A stretch of 64,000 nt of DNA, taken from NCBI RefSeq assembly GCF_000737315.1, contig NZ_JMCB01000019.1, forward strand, positions 124,001-188,000. Reading direction: 5' to 3'. The position numbers were made by a program, and so were the translations under genes. Shown here piece by piece: positions 31,301 through 40,412 of the stretch; position 1 is the stretch's first letter; every line of letters begins with the position of its first letter. The DNA is from Hyalangium minutum. Lineage in GTDB: Bacteria; Myxococcota; Myxococcia; Myxococcales; Myxococcaceae. A model generated the notes under the pieces. It saw nothing but the letters and a program-made list of their open reading frames with translations. It had not been told where the DNA came from and did not search any database.

Positions 31301-34215
31301 CCGGGCTTCACCGGGTCCATGCGGAACGCGAAGAAGGCTGCCGTGTTGATCGGGTAGAACGTCGTGGGGTTGGACAGCCGGTTCTGGTTGCCCGCGGCGT
31401 CCGTCACCGTGACGACGAGGGAATAGTCCGACGTGATGCCCTGCGGCATGGAGGAGAGCGTGACGGTGGCCTGGCCCGCGGTGGCAGTGGCCTGGCCGTA
31501 GACGATGTTCATGTTGGCGCGGTCTCGCACCTGGACCGGGCGTCCATCCTCTAGGCCATCGATGGCGACGCGCAGCTGCGGCGGACCCGTGCGGAGCTCC
31601 GCCTCGTTCATGCGCAAGTCGCCGTTGTCTCCGAGCAGTTCCACCGTCCGCACCGCCGGCTCCAAGCTGTCCACCGTGAGGGAGATCTCCCGGGACGTCG
31701 AGATGGCGCCATCATCGAGCACGGCCTTCAGGGCGTACTGCCCATCGGGGTAGGTGAAGTTCGGCGTCAGCCTGGGAACGTTCGTGGCCAGGGTGAACCA
31801 GCCCGAGCCATCCCGGCAGGGCGCGGCCCCCGCGACGAGGGCCACGCTCGTGCAGATGTCCACGACGGCATTGGGCGAGCGGTCGGGGACGTTGTACTGG
31901 AGCGCGGCCTGGATGCCGCTCTGCTCCGGGGCTGCGTCCAGACTGGCCTTATAGGTCGCAGGGGAAGTCGCGGGCAGCTCCAGGGTGATGTTCCCGGGCT
32001 GGGTGTCCACCAGCAACAGCACCGTGGCGCAGGCCACCGTCCCGCCGGGGCCAGTGAGCTCGGCGCGAAGCACATTGGCGCCCTCCTCCAGCGCCACGCT
32101 GGTGAACTCCTTCTCTCGGTCGCTCGCTGCCACGGGCATGGAGGCAAGCTCCGTCGTGCCGCGGAGCAGCCGCAGCGTCCCCGCCGCCGAGGGCGTCATC
32201 GACAGGCGCACCGTCACGAGCAGCCCTCCGCCTGTCCTGGGAGCCCCATCCGCGTTGCTCAGGTAGCGGCCCGCCGCCGGAGACTCGAACTGCAGCGAGC
32301 TGCCAGCGAAGGCCAGCGTCAGGTTCCGGCTCACGGACTGGGTGTTCCCCGCCACATCCGTCGCGGTCACCTGCAGGGTGCACGTGCCGGAGATCGGCAC
32401 GGAGACATCCCTCAAGAGTAGGTTGCCGCTGGCGTCCGCGGTGCCCGCCGCGCCCACCGCAGTGCCGCAACCGGTGGCCAGCACCGAGGCCCCCGGCTCC
32501 GTGCTCACATCGAGAGAGATCTGCATGCCCGGGCTCACCGAGGTGTCGTTCAGCTCGGAGCCCAGGGTCGTCTGCTCCGCAGGCACCCCATGCACGTTGA
32601 AGCTCAGCACCGGGGGCGTGGCGTCCACCCCCAAGGCGAGAGACTGGCTCGTGCCGCCTCCAGGGCAGGAGGCCACCAGGCGGTACTCGCCGTCCCCAGT
32701 GAGCGGCAGCGAGATCTGCGCTGTCCCCGAGGAAGCCGTCCCGGAAGCGCGGCCCTTCTCCACGCGGTTCTGGTCATACGCCACCACGGTGACGGGACCG
32801 TTGCCCGACTCCACGCGCACCGAGAGGGGCGAGGTGCGCGCCATGGCGCCCTCCAACGGGGAGACGATGCCGCAGAGGGGCCGCCCTGTGGAGACGGTAA
32901 CGCTCTCCGCCGCGCACCGCTCGATGCCCGCAGCATTGCGCACACAGGCCTGCACGGTGTTGGCGCCCTCGGCGAGCTGGGCCGTGAAGGAGGCCTCCTT
33001 GAAGTTGCCCGAGGCCACCGTCACCGCCCGCTGGGGGCGCGCGAACTGGCCGCTCACGGAGGTGAACAACCGCACTTCGGAGCCCACGGGCAGCGAGTCC
33101 GCCTGCACGGTCACGGGCGCCTGCACGCCCTCGAGCCCCGGATCCGCGTCCGAGGAGATGGTCCGCTGCACCACGAGCCGCATGGTGGGCGCGGTGCTCG
33201 CGACGGTGACGGGGATCTGCCGCGTGGTGATGTTGCCGCCCGCATCCGCCAGGCGCAGGGTGAAGGTGTAGTTCCCATCCGCCGGAACGGTGACCGCGGG
33301 GAACGACACGTTCCCAGCATCCACCGGCGTGGAGAGCTCCGTGGCTCCGGGACGCGACAGGGTGGCTGTCACTCCCGGCTCGGTACAGCCCACGGTGGCG
33401 TCGATCCGGAACGTCGTGGAGGCCACGGGCCCCACCGGCGACACCACCTCCACGCGCGGCGCCACCGTGTCCAGCTGGATGTTGCGCTTGCCGGACGTCA
33501 CCTCCTTGTCGCCATTGCGGACCACCGCGTAGCAGGCGGCCTGCTCAGCCTCGCACGCGGATTGCGCGAGCGTCACCGACACCTGCGTGAGCCCGCTGCT
33601 GTTCACCGTGAAGTCCGTGGGGGGCACGCCGCAGGCCTGCTCGCAGTAGAGCGTGCCCGTCTTCCCGGCCAGCCCCACGCTCTTCACGGAGAAGTGGAGC
33701 TGGTAGCCCGCCGTGTCCGGATCCGCGTCATCCGCCTCGCGGAGCACCTGGCCCTCGGCGGGCTGCGTCAGATCCACGCTCGGCGGCTCGGTGGACACCG
33801 TGACGGTGATGCGCTGGGTGGCCGTGCGGTGCGAGCCCGCCTCTTCCACCGTCACTTGCAGCAGGTTGGTGCGCGGCTGAAGCACCGTGCCGGGGAAGCG
33901 CACCGTGCCGCCCTCGATGACCGCCGGGGGCCCCGCCGTCCACGTCTGCTCGCTGGGCGTGCGCACCTCCAGCTTGGCGCTGACCAGCGTCACCGCCCGG
34001 CCCGCCGTGTCGCTCGCCGACGCCACCACCTCGTACTGGAAGCCGTCCGTGGCCGGATCCACGTCGTCCGACAGCGTCAGCCGCTGTCCGTCCTTGGGCG
34101 TGTCGAAGGCCACCGCGAGCTCGGACTCGACGGGCGGCTCTCCGCAGTTGCAGCCCGTGGCGCCCCACACCAGGACCAGGCTCAGCAGCAGCCCTTGCGA
34201 TACCGATCGGCGCAT
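28390..34215 (-). CDS. Giant surface lipoprotein, 1941 aa: Ig-like repeats, FnIII-like domain and C-terminal FG-GAP/VCBS propeller
   Basis: Lipobox WGATGC at Cys22; repeated D-x-x-x-P domain boundaries (DTVAP, DATPP, DITPP, DVIPP); GDLNADGFDD, GDITGDG, GDLNGDGLVD and DFNGDGKLD repeats. Confidence 0.88.
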   Translation of the reverse strand: MRRSVSQGLLLSLVLVWGATGCNCGEPPVESELAVAFDTPKDGQRLTLSDDVDPATDGFQYEVVASASDTAGRAVTLVSAKLEVRTPSEQTWTAGPPAVIEGGTVRFPGTVLQPRTNLLQVTVEEAGSHRTATQRITVTVSTEPPSVDLTQPAEGQVLREADDADPDTAGYQLHFSVKSVGLAGKTGTLYCEQACGVPPTDFTVNSSGLTQVSVTLAQSACEAEQAACYAVVRNGDKEVTSGKRNIQLDTVAPRVEVVSPVGPVASTTFRIDATVGCTEPGVTATLSRPGATELSTPVDAGNVSFPAVTVPADGNYTFTLRLADAGGNITTRQIPVTVASTAPTMRLVVQRTISSDADPGLEGVQAPVTVQADSLPVGSEVRLFTSVSGQFARPQRAVTVASGNFKEASFTAQLAEGANTVQACVRNAAGIERCAAESVTVSTGRPLCGIVSPLEGAMARTSPLSVRVESGNGPVTVVAYDQNRVEKGRASGTASSGTAQISLPLTGDGEYRLVASCPGGGTSQSLALGVDATPPVLSFNVHGVPAEQTTLGSELNDTSVSPGMQISLDVSTEPGASVLATGCGTAVGAAGTADASGNLLLRDVSVPISGTCTLQVTATDVAGNTQSVSRNLTLAFAGSSLQFESPAAGRYLSNADGAPRTGGGLLVTVRLSMTPSAAGTLRLLRGTTELASMPVAASDREKEFTSVALEEGANVLRAELTGPGGTVACATVLLLVDTQPGNITLELPATSPATYKASLDAAPEQSGIQAALQYNVPDRSPNAVVDICTSVALVAGAAPCRDGSGWFTLATNVPRLTPNFTYPDGQYALKAVLDDGAISTSREISLTVDSLEPAVRTVELLGDNGDLRMNEAELRTGPPQLRVAIDGLEDGRPVQVRDRANMNIVYGQATATAGQATVTLSSMPQGITSDYSLVVTVTDAAGNQNRLSNPTTFYPINTAAFFAFRMDPVKPGVRIVEPTRTSLGVAHDASSAAGFQLRVKVNTDADVEGNGIHLELSPTGEAVDLSPSALEAAYDFTLPGTGKATYTLTATAVDSSGNVSAPVVRTLTVDLDVPVLDLISPTANTVYDSTSVPVRVNVTADDVSTVHILSQVGTDTSTQEVIGDLQVSSGVAQGTLNFRVGVWTVIAQASDPAGNAATASAANVDVRQAGCDITLTTPSAAVVKLLAGDDLDPGTPGLQYRLRGTTQECRGRTVSLFRGATSATAEATATADATTGGFSFDVTLQDGEATQFRVQVINLSNLATEDSVDVTVDITPPVITSISPAPTTLYFVASTNRYLYPTPAPDRVVDGSPGGDANAIFTLRVDQGVGSRVQAFYRGNPVSPELIVPEPDPAEGGLPPRVELPVTLPHATTGTLEIRVQEDSGNVARHTVAATVDVIPPQASTMTAVLVAGQERAARVNVTWTASGDDGVSGVPAGYDLRWTINSQLRTGFSNDTEYFGSRVKQETGALLPSTATSYTLTLPPLANYFILVRPSDEVGNYPPFQAPQQLNNIPTPKEFLNPGAGGNSFGLNIIARGDLNADGFDDLVVGASSSTPGITHVYYGSANPQVENRQDITLPQGNQFDGADFDVGDVGNSATDVVQDLLVGGRAYSGTSGRAFLFFGRRGTTVDTASPIEFRHASSIANASLGGTVKMIGDITGDGLQELILSSHGESPPKAYLFYGRSQDAWRALGTSCNTSAPCVVPSSRADKIFTAPAGTLFFGRNRGYVRLGDITGDGVPDFTIPSSHESQNKVYVYSGATVRSLPGTAVSLSDAVQVLNQPSSTGGSATNGFGTEAVGGVDLAGGSALDLAVTMASESKVFVYRDGSASGFTTPPLLITGGGRFGSAMARGDLNGDGLVDLAIGQNLRPGGAASIFYNRGVAGAEFDPAQENGFSQSKLESNSSLGISVAILDFNGDGKLDLAIGDDTSVPARVVVYY

Positions 34216-34280
34216 ACGTCTCTCTTCCTCTCGGTGGGCTCCGGCGGCCCACCACGGCATTCCCGGCGCGGGCCCGGCCC

Positions 34281-34652
34281 TCACGGCCCGAGTACCAGCA
34301 CCTTTTTCTCTACGAGGAGTCTTACGAAGGCGGCCGTGTCCTCCCGGCATGCCTGCGGCTCCACCTCGAACTCGTCACACAGCACCGCCACGATGTCCGC
34401 CACCGTCCGCCGTCCGTCCACCAGTTCCAGGATGCGCTCGGCCACCTCGGACACCCGCCCCTGTGCATCCTCGAACGTGTGCAGGAACTCGTCTGGCCCG
34501 GCCGCCATGAGCCTTCCCGACACGCGCTGCAGGCCCGCCTCCGGGTGCAGCCGGGGGATGGCGCGTAGCACGTCCTGGCTCGCGCTCGCGAGCCGCTCGA
34601 ATTCCTTCCCTCCGGCCAGGGGCCCTCCCGGGCTCACGAAGTGTGCAGCCAT
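34281..34652 (-). CDS. PqqD-family RiPP recognition element (RRE) protein
   Basis: SEVAERILELVDGRRTVADIVAVLCDEFEVEPQACREDTAAFVRLLVEKKVL, a typical PqqD winged helix. ATG at 34652. Confidence 0.88.
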   Translation of the reverse strand: MAAHFVSPGGPLAGGKEFERLASASQDVLRAIPRLHPEAGLQRVSGRLMAAGPDEFLHTFEDAQGRVSEVAERILELVDGRRTVADIVAVLCDEFEVEPQACREDTAAFVRLLVEKKVLVLGP

Positions 34653-34775
34653 GCTACCCGCACCCCTCGGCCTGTACCAAGCGGATGACCCTCCCCGCTT
34701 GCCTCCCGAACGAGAAGCTGGGCCCTCCCCCGGGAAGCGCATATGACAGGGCCGCAGTCCCGTCGAGGAGGCCTC

Positions 34776-35360
34776 ATGGAGACGTCGCCGGAAGGCAACA
34801 TGGCCCCCCAGCGCAGCTGGTGGAGCCGCAACTGGAAGTGGGCGGTCCCCGTTGGGTGCCTGGGCCTGATGGCCTCGTGCTGCGGCTTCACCTTGCTGGC
34901 GGGGGCGCTGGGGTGGAACTTCGTCACCAACAACCCGGCTTCCACGCGAGCCCTGGAGATCGCCCGGGCGGACTCCGAGGTGCAGGCCGTGCTGGGCACG
35001 CCCATCGAGACCCACCCGCTGAAGCAGCAGAGCAACGTCCACTACGCCAATGGCCAGAGCCGGGCCGAGGCGACCATCGAGCTGGACGGTCCCAAGGAGG
35101 ACGGCGTCCTCCGCATGGAGGCCGTGAAGAGCAACGACGAGTGGGTCTACGAGGTGCTCGAGGTGGAGGTCCCCGGCCAGGAGCCCATCGACTTGATGGA
35201 CAAGGTGGGCGGCGTCCGGAAGCGCGAGCTTGCCCCGCCCACGCCCGATGCGCCGCCGCCGCCCCATGCACCACCGCCGCCCCCGGGAGCGGGCCCGTCC
35301 GACGAGGACGACGCCGACACCCAAGAAGACGGTGACGGCAAGTCGGACATCAACCTGTAG
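34776..35360 (+). CDS. Coa1-like (cytochrome oxidase assembly factor 1 family) membrane protein
   Basis: [16 protein letters not shown]; [19 protein letters not shown]; Pro/acidic tail. RBS GAGGAGG upstream. Confidence 0.6.
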   Translation: METSPEGNMAPQRSWWSRNWKWAVPVGCLGLMASCCGFTLLAGALGWNFVTNNPASTRALEIARADSEVQAVLGTPIETHPLKQQSNVHYANGQSRAEATIELDGPKEDGVLRMEAVKSNDEWVYEVLEVEVPGQEPIDLMDKVGGVRKRELAPPTPDAPPPPHAPPPPPGAGPSDEDDADTQEDGDGKSDINL

Positions 35361-35372
35361 CCCGCAACGCAA

Positions 35373-35407
35373 GAGGGGCGGCGCGAGCTGACTCGCCACC
35401 GCCCCTC
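35373..35407. terminator. GC-rich hairpin between convergent genes
   Basis: GAGGGGCGG...CCGCCCCTC outer stem with an inner GCGAG/CTCGC stem. No U-tract. Confidence 0.45.
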
Positions 35408-35441
35408 CGCTCCCATGCCAGCGCTGAGGCTGGCCTCAGGC

Positions 35442-36407
35442 CTACTTCAGCTTGTGCAGGGACTCCCGCAGCTCGGGCAGCACCTTGAAGAGGTCGGCCA
35501 CCAGGCCGTAGTCCGCCACCTGGAAGATGGGGGCCTCCGGATCCTTGTTGATGGCGACGATCGTCTTGGAGCTCTTCATGCCCGCGAGGTGCTGGATGGC
35601 GCCGCTGATGCCCGCCGCGATGTAGAGCTGCGGAGCAACCACCTTGCCCGTCTGGCCCACCTGCAGATCGTTGGGGACCCAGCCCGCGTCGCACACGGCG
35701 CGAGAGGCACCCACGGCAGCGCCCAGCTCATCGGCCAGGGCCTCGATCTCCTTGAAGTCGCCCTTGGTGCCACGGCCGCCGGAGACGACCACACGCGCCT
35801 CGGTCAGCTCGGGGCGAGCGCTCTTCACTTCCTTGAAGTCGACGAACTTGGTCTTGGACGCCTCGATCTTCGGCGCGAAGGTCTTCACCTCGGCGGCGGC
35901 CTGGCCGCCCGCGGCCGGCTGGAACTCGGTGGCGCGCACGGTGAACACCTTCACCGGCGTGGTGAGCTTCACCTCGGCGAACACGTTGCCCGCCCACATG
36001 GGCCGGGTGAACGTGACCTCCGCGCCGCTGCCATTGAAGGCCATGACGTCGGTGGCCATGGCGGCCTTCAGGCGGGCGGCCACGCGGGGCATCAGGTCCT
36101 TGCCCATGGCGGTGGACGCCATGCCCACGTAGTCGGCCTTCAGCTCCTGGGCCAGGCCGGCGATGACCGGGGTGTAGACCTCAGCCAGGTAGTGCTCGAG
36201 CTCGGGCGCGCCCGCGGTGTGCACCGCCTTGACGCCCAGGCCCTTGAGCTCCTCGGACACCTTGGAGGGGTCCTTGGAGAGCAACACGAGGTGCAGCTCC
36301 GCGCCCGCCTTCTCGGCGAGGGTGCGGCCCGCGGTGACAGCGTTGAGGGTGGCCTTGCGCAGGTTCCCGTCCGGCTGCTGCTCGGCAACGATGAGAACGA
36401 TCGGCAT
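35442..36407 (-). CDS. etfA: Electron transfer flavoprotein alpha subunit
   Basis: [36 protein letters not shown]. Confidence 0.95.
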   Translation of the reverse strand: MPIVLIVAEQQPDGNLRKATLNAVTAGRTLAEKAGAELHLVLLSKDPSKVSEELKGLGVKAVHTAGAPELEHYLAEVYTPVIAGLAQELKADYVGMASTAMGKDLMPRVAARLKAAMATDVMAFNGSGAEVTFTRPMWAGNVFAEVKLTTPVKVFTVRATEFQPAAGGQAAAEVKTFAPKIEASKTKFVDFKEVKSARPELTEARVVVSGGRGTKGDFKEIEALADELGAAVGASRAVCDAGWVPNDLQVGQTGKVVAPQLYIAAGISGAIQHLAGMKSSKTIVAINKDPEAPIFQVADYGLVADLFKVLPELRESLHKLK

Positions 36408-36452
36408 TGAAGACTCCAGTAATCTCTCGAAGAAACAGTTGAAGGAGCGGGC

Positions 36453-37250
36453 CTAGACGACCTTGGCCTCGTTGCGCAGCTTGTCCACGAGCGCGGCGAC
36501 GTCCGCCACCTTGATGCCGGCCTTGCGCGGCGGCGGCGAGGACATCTTCAGCACCTGAATCTTCGGGGCGACGTCCACACCGAGCTTCTGCGGCGTCAGC
36601 TCCTCGATGGGCTTGCTCTTGGCCTTCATGATGCCGGGGAGGCTGGCATAGCGCGGCAGGTTCAGGCGCAGGTCCGTGGTGACGACGGCGGGCAGCGCGC
36701 ACTCCAGCGTGGCCAGCCCGTTGTCCACCTCGCGCACCACGCGCACCGACTTGCCATCGGCGCCCACGGCGAGCGCGGGGGCCTTGTTCTTCTCCTGCTC
36801 GCTCTCCAGGGACTCCACCTTGGAGGCGAAGGTGGCCTGGCTCCAGCCAAGGAACTCGGCGAGGTACTGGCCCACCTGGTTCTGGTCATCGTCGATGGAC
36901 TGCTTGCCCAACACGACCATGTCGGGCTTCTCCTTCTCGGCGACCTTCTGGAGCAGCCCAGCGATGCCCAGCTGATCCAGCGGGCCGGTGTGGTTCACCC
37001 ACACGGCGCGGTGGGCACCCATGGCGAGGGCGTGGCGGAGCTGCTCCTGCACCTCCTTGCCACCGATGGACACCACCACCACCTCACCGCCGTGCTTGGC
37101 GACGAGGCGCAGGCCCTCCTCGACGGCGATCTCGTCAAAGGGGTTGATCTTGTACTTGAGCCCCTCCTGAACGATGCCCGAGCCATCCGGCTTGACCTTG
37201 ATCTTGGACTCGGGGTCTTCCACGCGCTTGGCGGTGACGAGGATCTTCAC
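36453..37250 (-). CDS. etfB: Electron transfer flavoprotein beta subunit
   Basis: KINPFDEIAVEE, ALAMGA, GKQSIDDD, PRYASLPGIMKAK. GTG start at 37250. Confidence 0.95.
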   Translation of the reverse strand: MKILVTAKRVEDPESKIKVKPDGSGIVQEGLKYKINPFDEIAVEEGLRLVAKHGGEVVVVSIGGKEVQEQLRHALAMGAHRAVWVNHTGPLDQLGIAGLLQKVAEKEKPDMVVLGKQSIDDDQNQVGQYLAEFLGWSQATFASKVESLESEQEKNKAPALAVGADGKSVRVVREVDNGLATLECALPAVVTTDLRLNLPRYASLPGIMKAKSKPIEELTPQKLGVDVAPKIQVLKMSSPPPRKAGIKVADVAALVDKLRNEAKVV

Positions 37251-37342
37251 GGCTGTTGCTCTCCTTATAAGGGCGCCGGAGTCATAGGCAGCCGCCACCC
37301 CTCGGGCAACGGGAATCCTCCGGAGGCCACAGATTTACTTTT

Positions 37343-38479
37343 CTACTTGAACAGTTCCCGAGCGATGACGATGCGCTGGACCTGGCTGGTGCCCTCGTAG
37401 ACCTGGATGAGCTTGGCGTCGCGCATCAGCTTCTCGACGGGGTACTCCTTGATGTAGCCGTAGCCGCCGTAGACCTGGACCGCGTCCGTGGTGACCTTCA
37501 TGGCCATGTCGGCGGCGAAGCACTTGGCGTAGCTGGAGACCAGGGTGTTCTTCTGGCCGGAGTCCAGCATCCACGCGCCCTGGTGGGTGAGCAGGCGCGC
37601 GGCCTGGATGTTCATGGCCATGTCGGCGAGCATGAACTGGATGCCTTGGTGGTCGCGGATGGGCTTGCCGAACGTCTGCCGCTGAGCGCTGTACTCCAGG
37701 CTGTGCTCCAGCGCGGCGCGGGCGATGCCCACGGCGAAGGCGGCGGTGGTGGGACGGCTGTTGTCCAGCGTCTCCATGGCGATGCGCCAGCCCTCGCCCT
37801 CCTCGCCGATGCGGTTGGCCACCGGGACGCGCACGTCCTCGAAGGTGAGCGTCACCGTGTTGCTGGCGCGCTGCCCCATCTTGTTCTCGTGCTTGCCGAT
37901 GGTGAGGCCCGCGGCCTTGCCCTCGACGACGAAGCAGGAGATGCCCTTGTGGCGCTTGCTCTTGTCCATCGTGGCGAACACGGTGAACTGATCCGCGTAG
38001 CCGCCGTTGGTGATGAAGCACTTGGAGCCGTTGAGGATGTAGTGGTCCCCGTCCCGGCGGGCAGTGGTGCTCATGCCCGCTACGTCCGAGCCGGCCGCGG
38101 GCTCGGTGAGACAGAAGGAGGCCAGCTTGGGCTTCTCGGTAAAGGGCGTGAGCAGGCGCTTCTTCTGCTCCTCGGTGCCCCCGAGGACGATGGGCAGGTT
38201 GGCCAAGTCGTTGGCGAACAGCGAGGTGGCCACACCCGCGCAGCCCCAGGCGAGCTCCTCGCAGACGAGGACCTGCTCCAGGTGGGTGAGGCCCAGTCCC
38301 CCGCACTCGGACGGGATGCCCAGGTTCATCATCCCCAGCTCGTAGCCCGTGGAGATGAGGTCCTTGGGAAACTCCGCCGTCTCATCATAGTGGGCGGCCT
38401 TGGGGCGGATGACCTCGCGGGCGTACTTGCGCGCGGTCTCCTGGAGCGCTCGTTGCGAGTCCGTGAGCTGGAAGTCCAT
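37343..38479 (-). CDS. Acyl-CoA dehydrogenase (short/medium chain)
   Basis: FCLTEPAAGSD, NGSKCFIT, KMGQR, RQTFGKPI, GGYGY, IYEG-type VYEGTSQ. Confidence 0.95.
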   Translation of the reverse strand: MDFQLTDSQRALQETARKYAREVIRPKAAHYDETAEFPKDLISTGYELGMMNLGIPSECGGLGLTHLEQVLVCEELAWGCAGVATSLFANDLANLPIVLGGTEEQKKRLLTPFTEKPKLASFCLTEPAAGSDVAGMSTTARRDGDHYILNGSKCFITNGGYADQFTVFATMDKSKRHKGISCFVVEGKAAGLTIGKHENKMGQRASNTVTLTFEDVRVPVANRIGEEGEGWRIAMETLDNSRPTTAAFAVGIARAALEHSLEYSAQRQTFGKPIRDHQGIQFMLADMAMNIQAARLLTHQGAWMLDSGQKNTLVSSYAKCFAADMAMKVTTDAVQVYGGYGYIKEYPVEKLMRDAKLIQVYEGTSQVQRIVIARELFK

Positions 38480-38538
38480 GCGTTCCTCGGGGGTGTGGTG
38501 GCGGGGGTTGTAACGCAGAGCGTCAGGCGCAGGAAGTC

Positions 38539-39186
38539 CTACTTCTTGGGGACCTTCTCCCAGTCGGCCAGGAACTTCTTGATGCCGATCTCGGTGAGGG
38601 GGTGCTGGGCGAGCTGCTGAATGACGCTGTAGGGCAGCGTGGCCACATCGGCGCCCATGCGAGCGGCCTGGAGGACGTGGACGGGGTTACGGACGCTGGC
38701 GACGAGCACCTGGGTGGCGAAGTCGTAGTTTCCGTAGATCTCGATGATGTTGGCGATGAGGTCCATGCCCTCTTCGGAGATGTCATCGAGGCGGCCGACG
38801 AAGGGGGAGACGTAGGTGGCGCCGGCCTTGGCGCACAGCAGGGCCTGGTTGGCGGAGAAGACGAGGGTGACGTTGGTGCGGATGCCCTCGGAGGTGAGGG
38901 CCTTGACGGCCTTCATGCCTTCGACGCCCATGGGGATCTTCACGACGACGTTGTCGTGGATCTTGGCGAGGGTGCGGCCCTCCTTGATGAGCTCGGGGGC
39001 GTCGAGGGAGACGCACTCGGCGCTGACGGGGCCGTCGACGATGGAGCAGATCTCACGGATGGTCTCTTCGAGGCCTCGGCCGACCTTGGCGAGGAGGGAG
39101 GGGTTGGTGGTGACTCCGTCCACGCAGCCCATGTCGTACGCCTTGCGGATCTCACCAACGTCCGCGGTGTCGATGAAGAACTTCAT
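38539..39186 (-). CDS. tal: Transaldolase / fructose-6-phosphate aldolase (TalC type)
   Basis: [36 protein letters not shown]. Confidence 0.92.
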   Translation of the reverse strand: MKFFIDTADVGEIRKAYDMGCVDGVTTNPSLLAKVGRGLEETIREICSIVDGPVSAECVSLDAPELIKEGRTLAKIHDNVVVKIPMGVEGMKAVKALTSEGIRTNVTLVFSANQALLCAKAGATYVSPFVGRLDDISEEGMDLIANIIEIYGNYDFATQVLVASVRNPVHVLQAARMGADVATLPYSVIQQLAQHPLTEIGIKKFLADWEKVPKK

Positions 39187-39331
39187 CTCATCCCCTTTGT
39201 GGGAAAACCTGCGCGAGCAGGGAGTAAAGGTGTTTCAGCCCGAGGGCCGGCCGAGCGAGCGCGTAACCGATGGCCCGGGTTGCGTCAAGGGTAGCGGCCT
39301 GAGGTAGCCCGGGGGTACAAGAGCGGCACCC

Positions 39332-40393
39332 ATGGCCCGCGCCCGCCGCACCCCCGCCAACAAGCCCCGCCTCCGCGCCCTTCCCGGCAGGGAGACGGCT
39401 GCCGCCCGCGTGTCTCCTCCTCTGGAGGATGACGAGGCGGCGCTCACCTACGCCCGAGGCGTGCTGGAGGCCGAGGCCCGGGCCATCGTGGGCGTGCAGC
39501 TGGGCGAGTCGTTCCTGAAGGCGCTCGGGTTGCTGCGCGAGTGCCAAGGGCAGGCGGTGGTGACGGGGATGGGGAAGGCGGGGCTCATTGGGCAGAAGCT
39601 GTCGGCCACGCTGGCGTCGACGGGCATCCGCTCGGTGTTCCTGCACCCGGCGGAGGCGGTGCACGGGGATTTGGGGCGGGTGGGACGCGGGGACGTGATT
39701 CTGGCGCTGTCGAACAGTGGGTCCACGGAGGAGCTGCTGCGGCTGTTGCCGTCGTTCCGGCGGTTGGGGACGCCGGTGATTGCGATCACGGGTGGGCTGG
39801 AGAGCCCGCTGGCGCGGGGCGCGGACGTGGTGCTGGACATCGGGCGTATTGAAGAGGCGTGTCCGATGGGGTTGGTGCCGACGGCATCGACGGCGGCGCT
39901 GCACGCGGTGGGTGATGCGCTGGCGATGACGCTGCTGCGCTCGCGGGAGTTCGGGACGGAGGAGTACGCGCTGCTGCATCCGGGTGGGAAGCTGGGGCGC
40001 TCGGTGCAGCGGGTGTTCGAGGTGATGCGCACGGGCCCTGCGAACCCGGTGGTGCGGGAGACGGCGAAGTTGTCCGAGGTGGTGGCTGTGATGACGCGGA
40101 CGCCGGGCCGGCCGGGAGCGACGAACGTGGTGGATCGTCAAGGCCGGCTGGTGGGCATCTTCACGGACGGAGACCTGCGGCGGCTGGTGGAGCAAGGCCG
40201 CACGGACTTCACGGTGCCGGTGCGCGAGGTGATGGGCCGCCAGCCGCGGTGCGTGAGCCCAGAGACGCTGGTGCTCACGGCTGCAGCGCAGATGCGCGAG
40301 ATCAAAGTGGACCAACTGCCCGTGGTGGACGCTGAAGGCCGGGCCGTGGGCCTGCTAGACGTGCAGGACCTGCTCGCCGCGCGGTTCTTATGA
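39332..40393 (+). CDS. kdsD: KpsF/GutQ arabinose-5-phosphate isomerase (SIS + CBS)
   Basis: TGMGKAG, HPAEAVHGDLG, SNSG, PTAST, HPGGKLG, two CBS domains. Confidence 0.92.
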   Translation: MARARRTPANKPRLRALPGRETAAARVSPPLEDDEAALTYARGVLEAEARAIVGVQLGESFLKALGLLRECQGQAVVTGMGKAGLIGQKLSATLASTGIRSVFLHPAEAVHGDLGRVGRGDVILALSNSGSTEELLRLLPSFRRLGTPVIAITGGLESPLARGADVVLDIGRIEEACPMGLVPTASTAALHAVGDALAMTLLRSREFGTEEYALLHPGGKLGRSVQRVFEVMRTGPANPVVRETAKLSEVVAVMTRTPGRPGATNVVDRQGRLVGIFTDGDLRRLVEQGRTDFTVPVREVMGRQPRCVSPETLVLTAAAQMREIKVDQLPVVDAEGRAVGLLDVQDLLAARFL

Positions 40394-40412
40394 TGCCAAG
40401 GCCCAATGAGGC

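Noticed and set aside
28237-34652. Classical lasso peptide cluster
   Set aside because: There is no asparagine-synthetase-like cyclase or B2 protease, and the precursor lacks the T-x-G core start.
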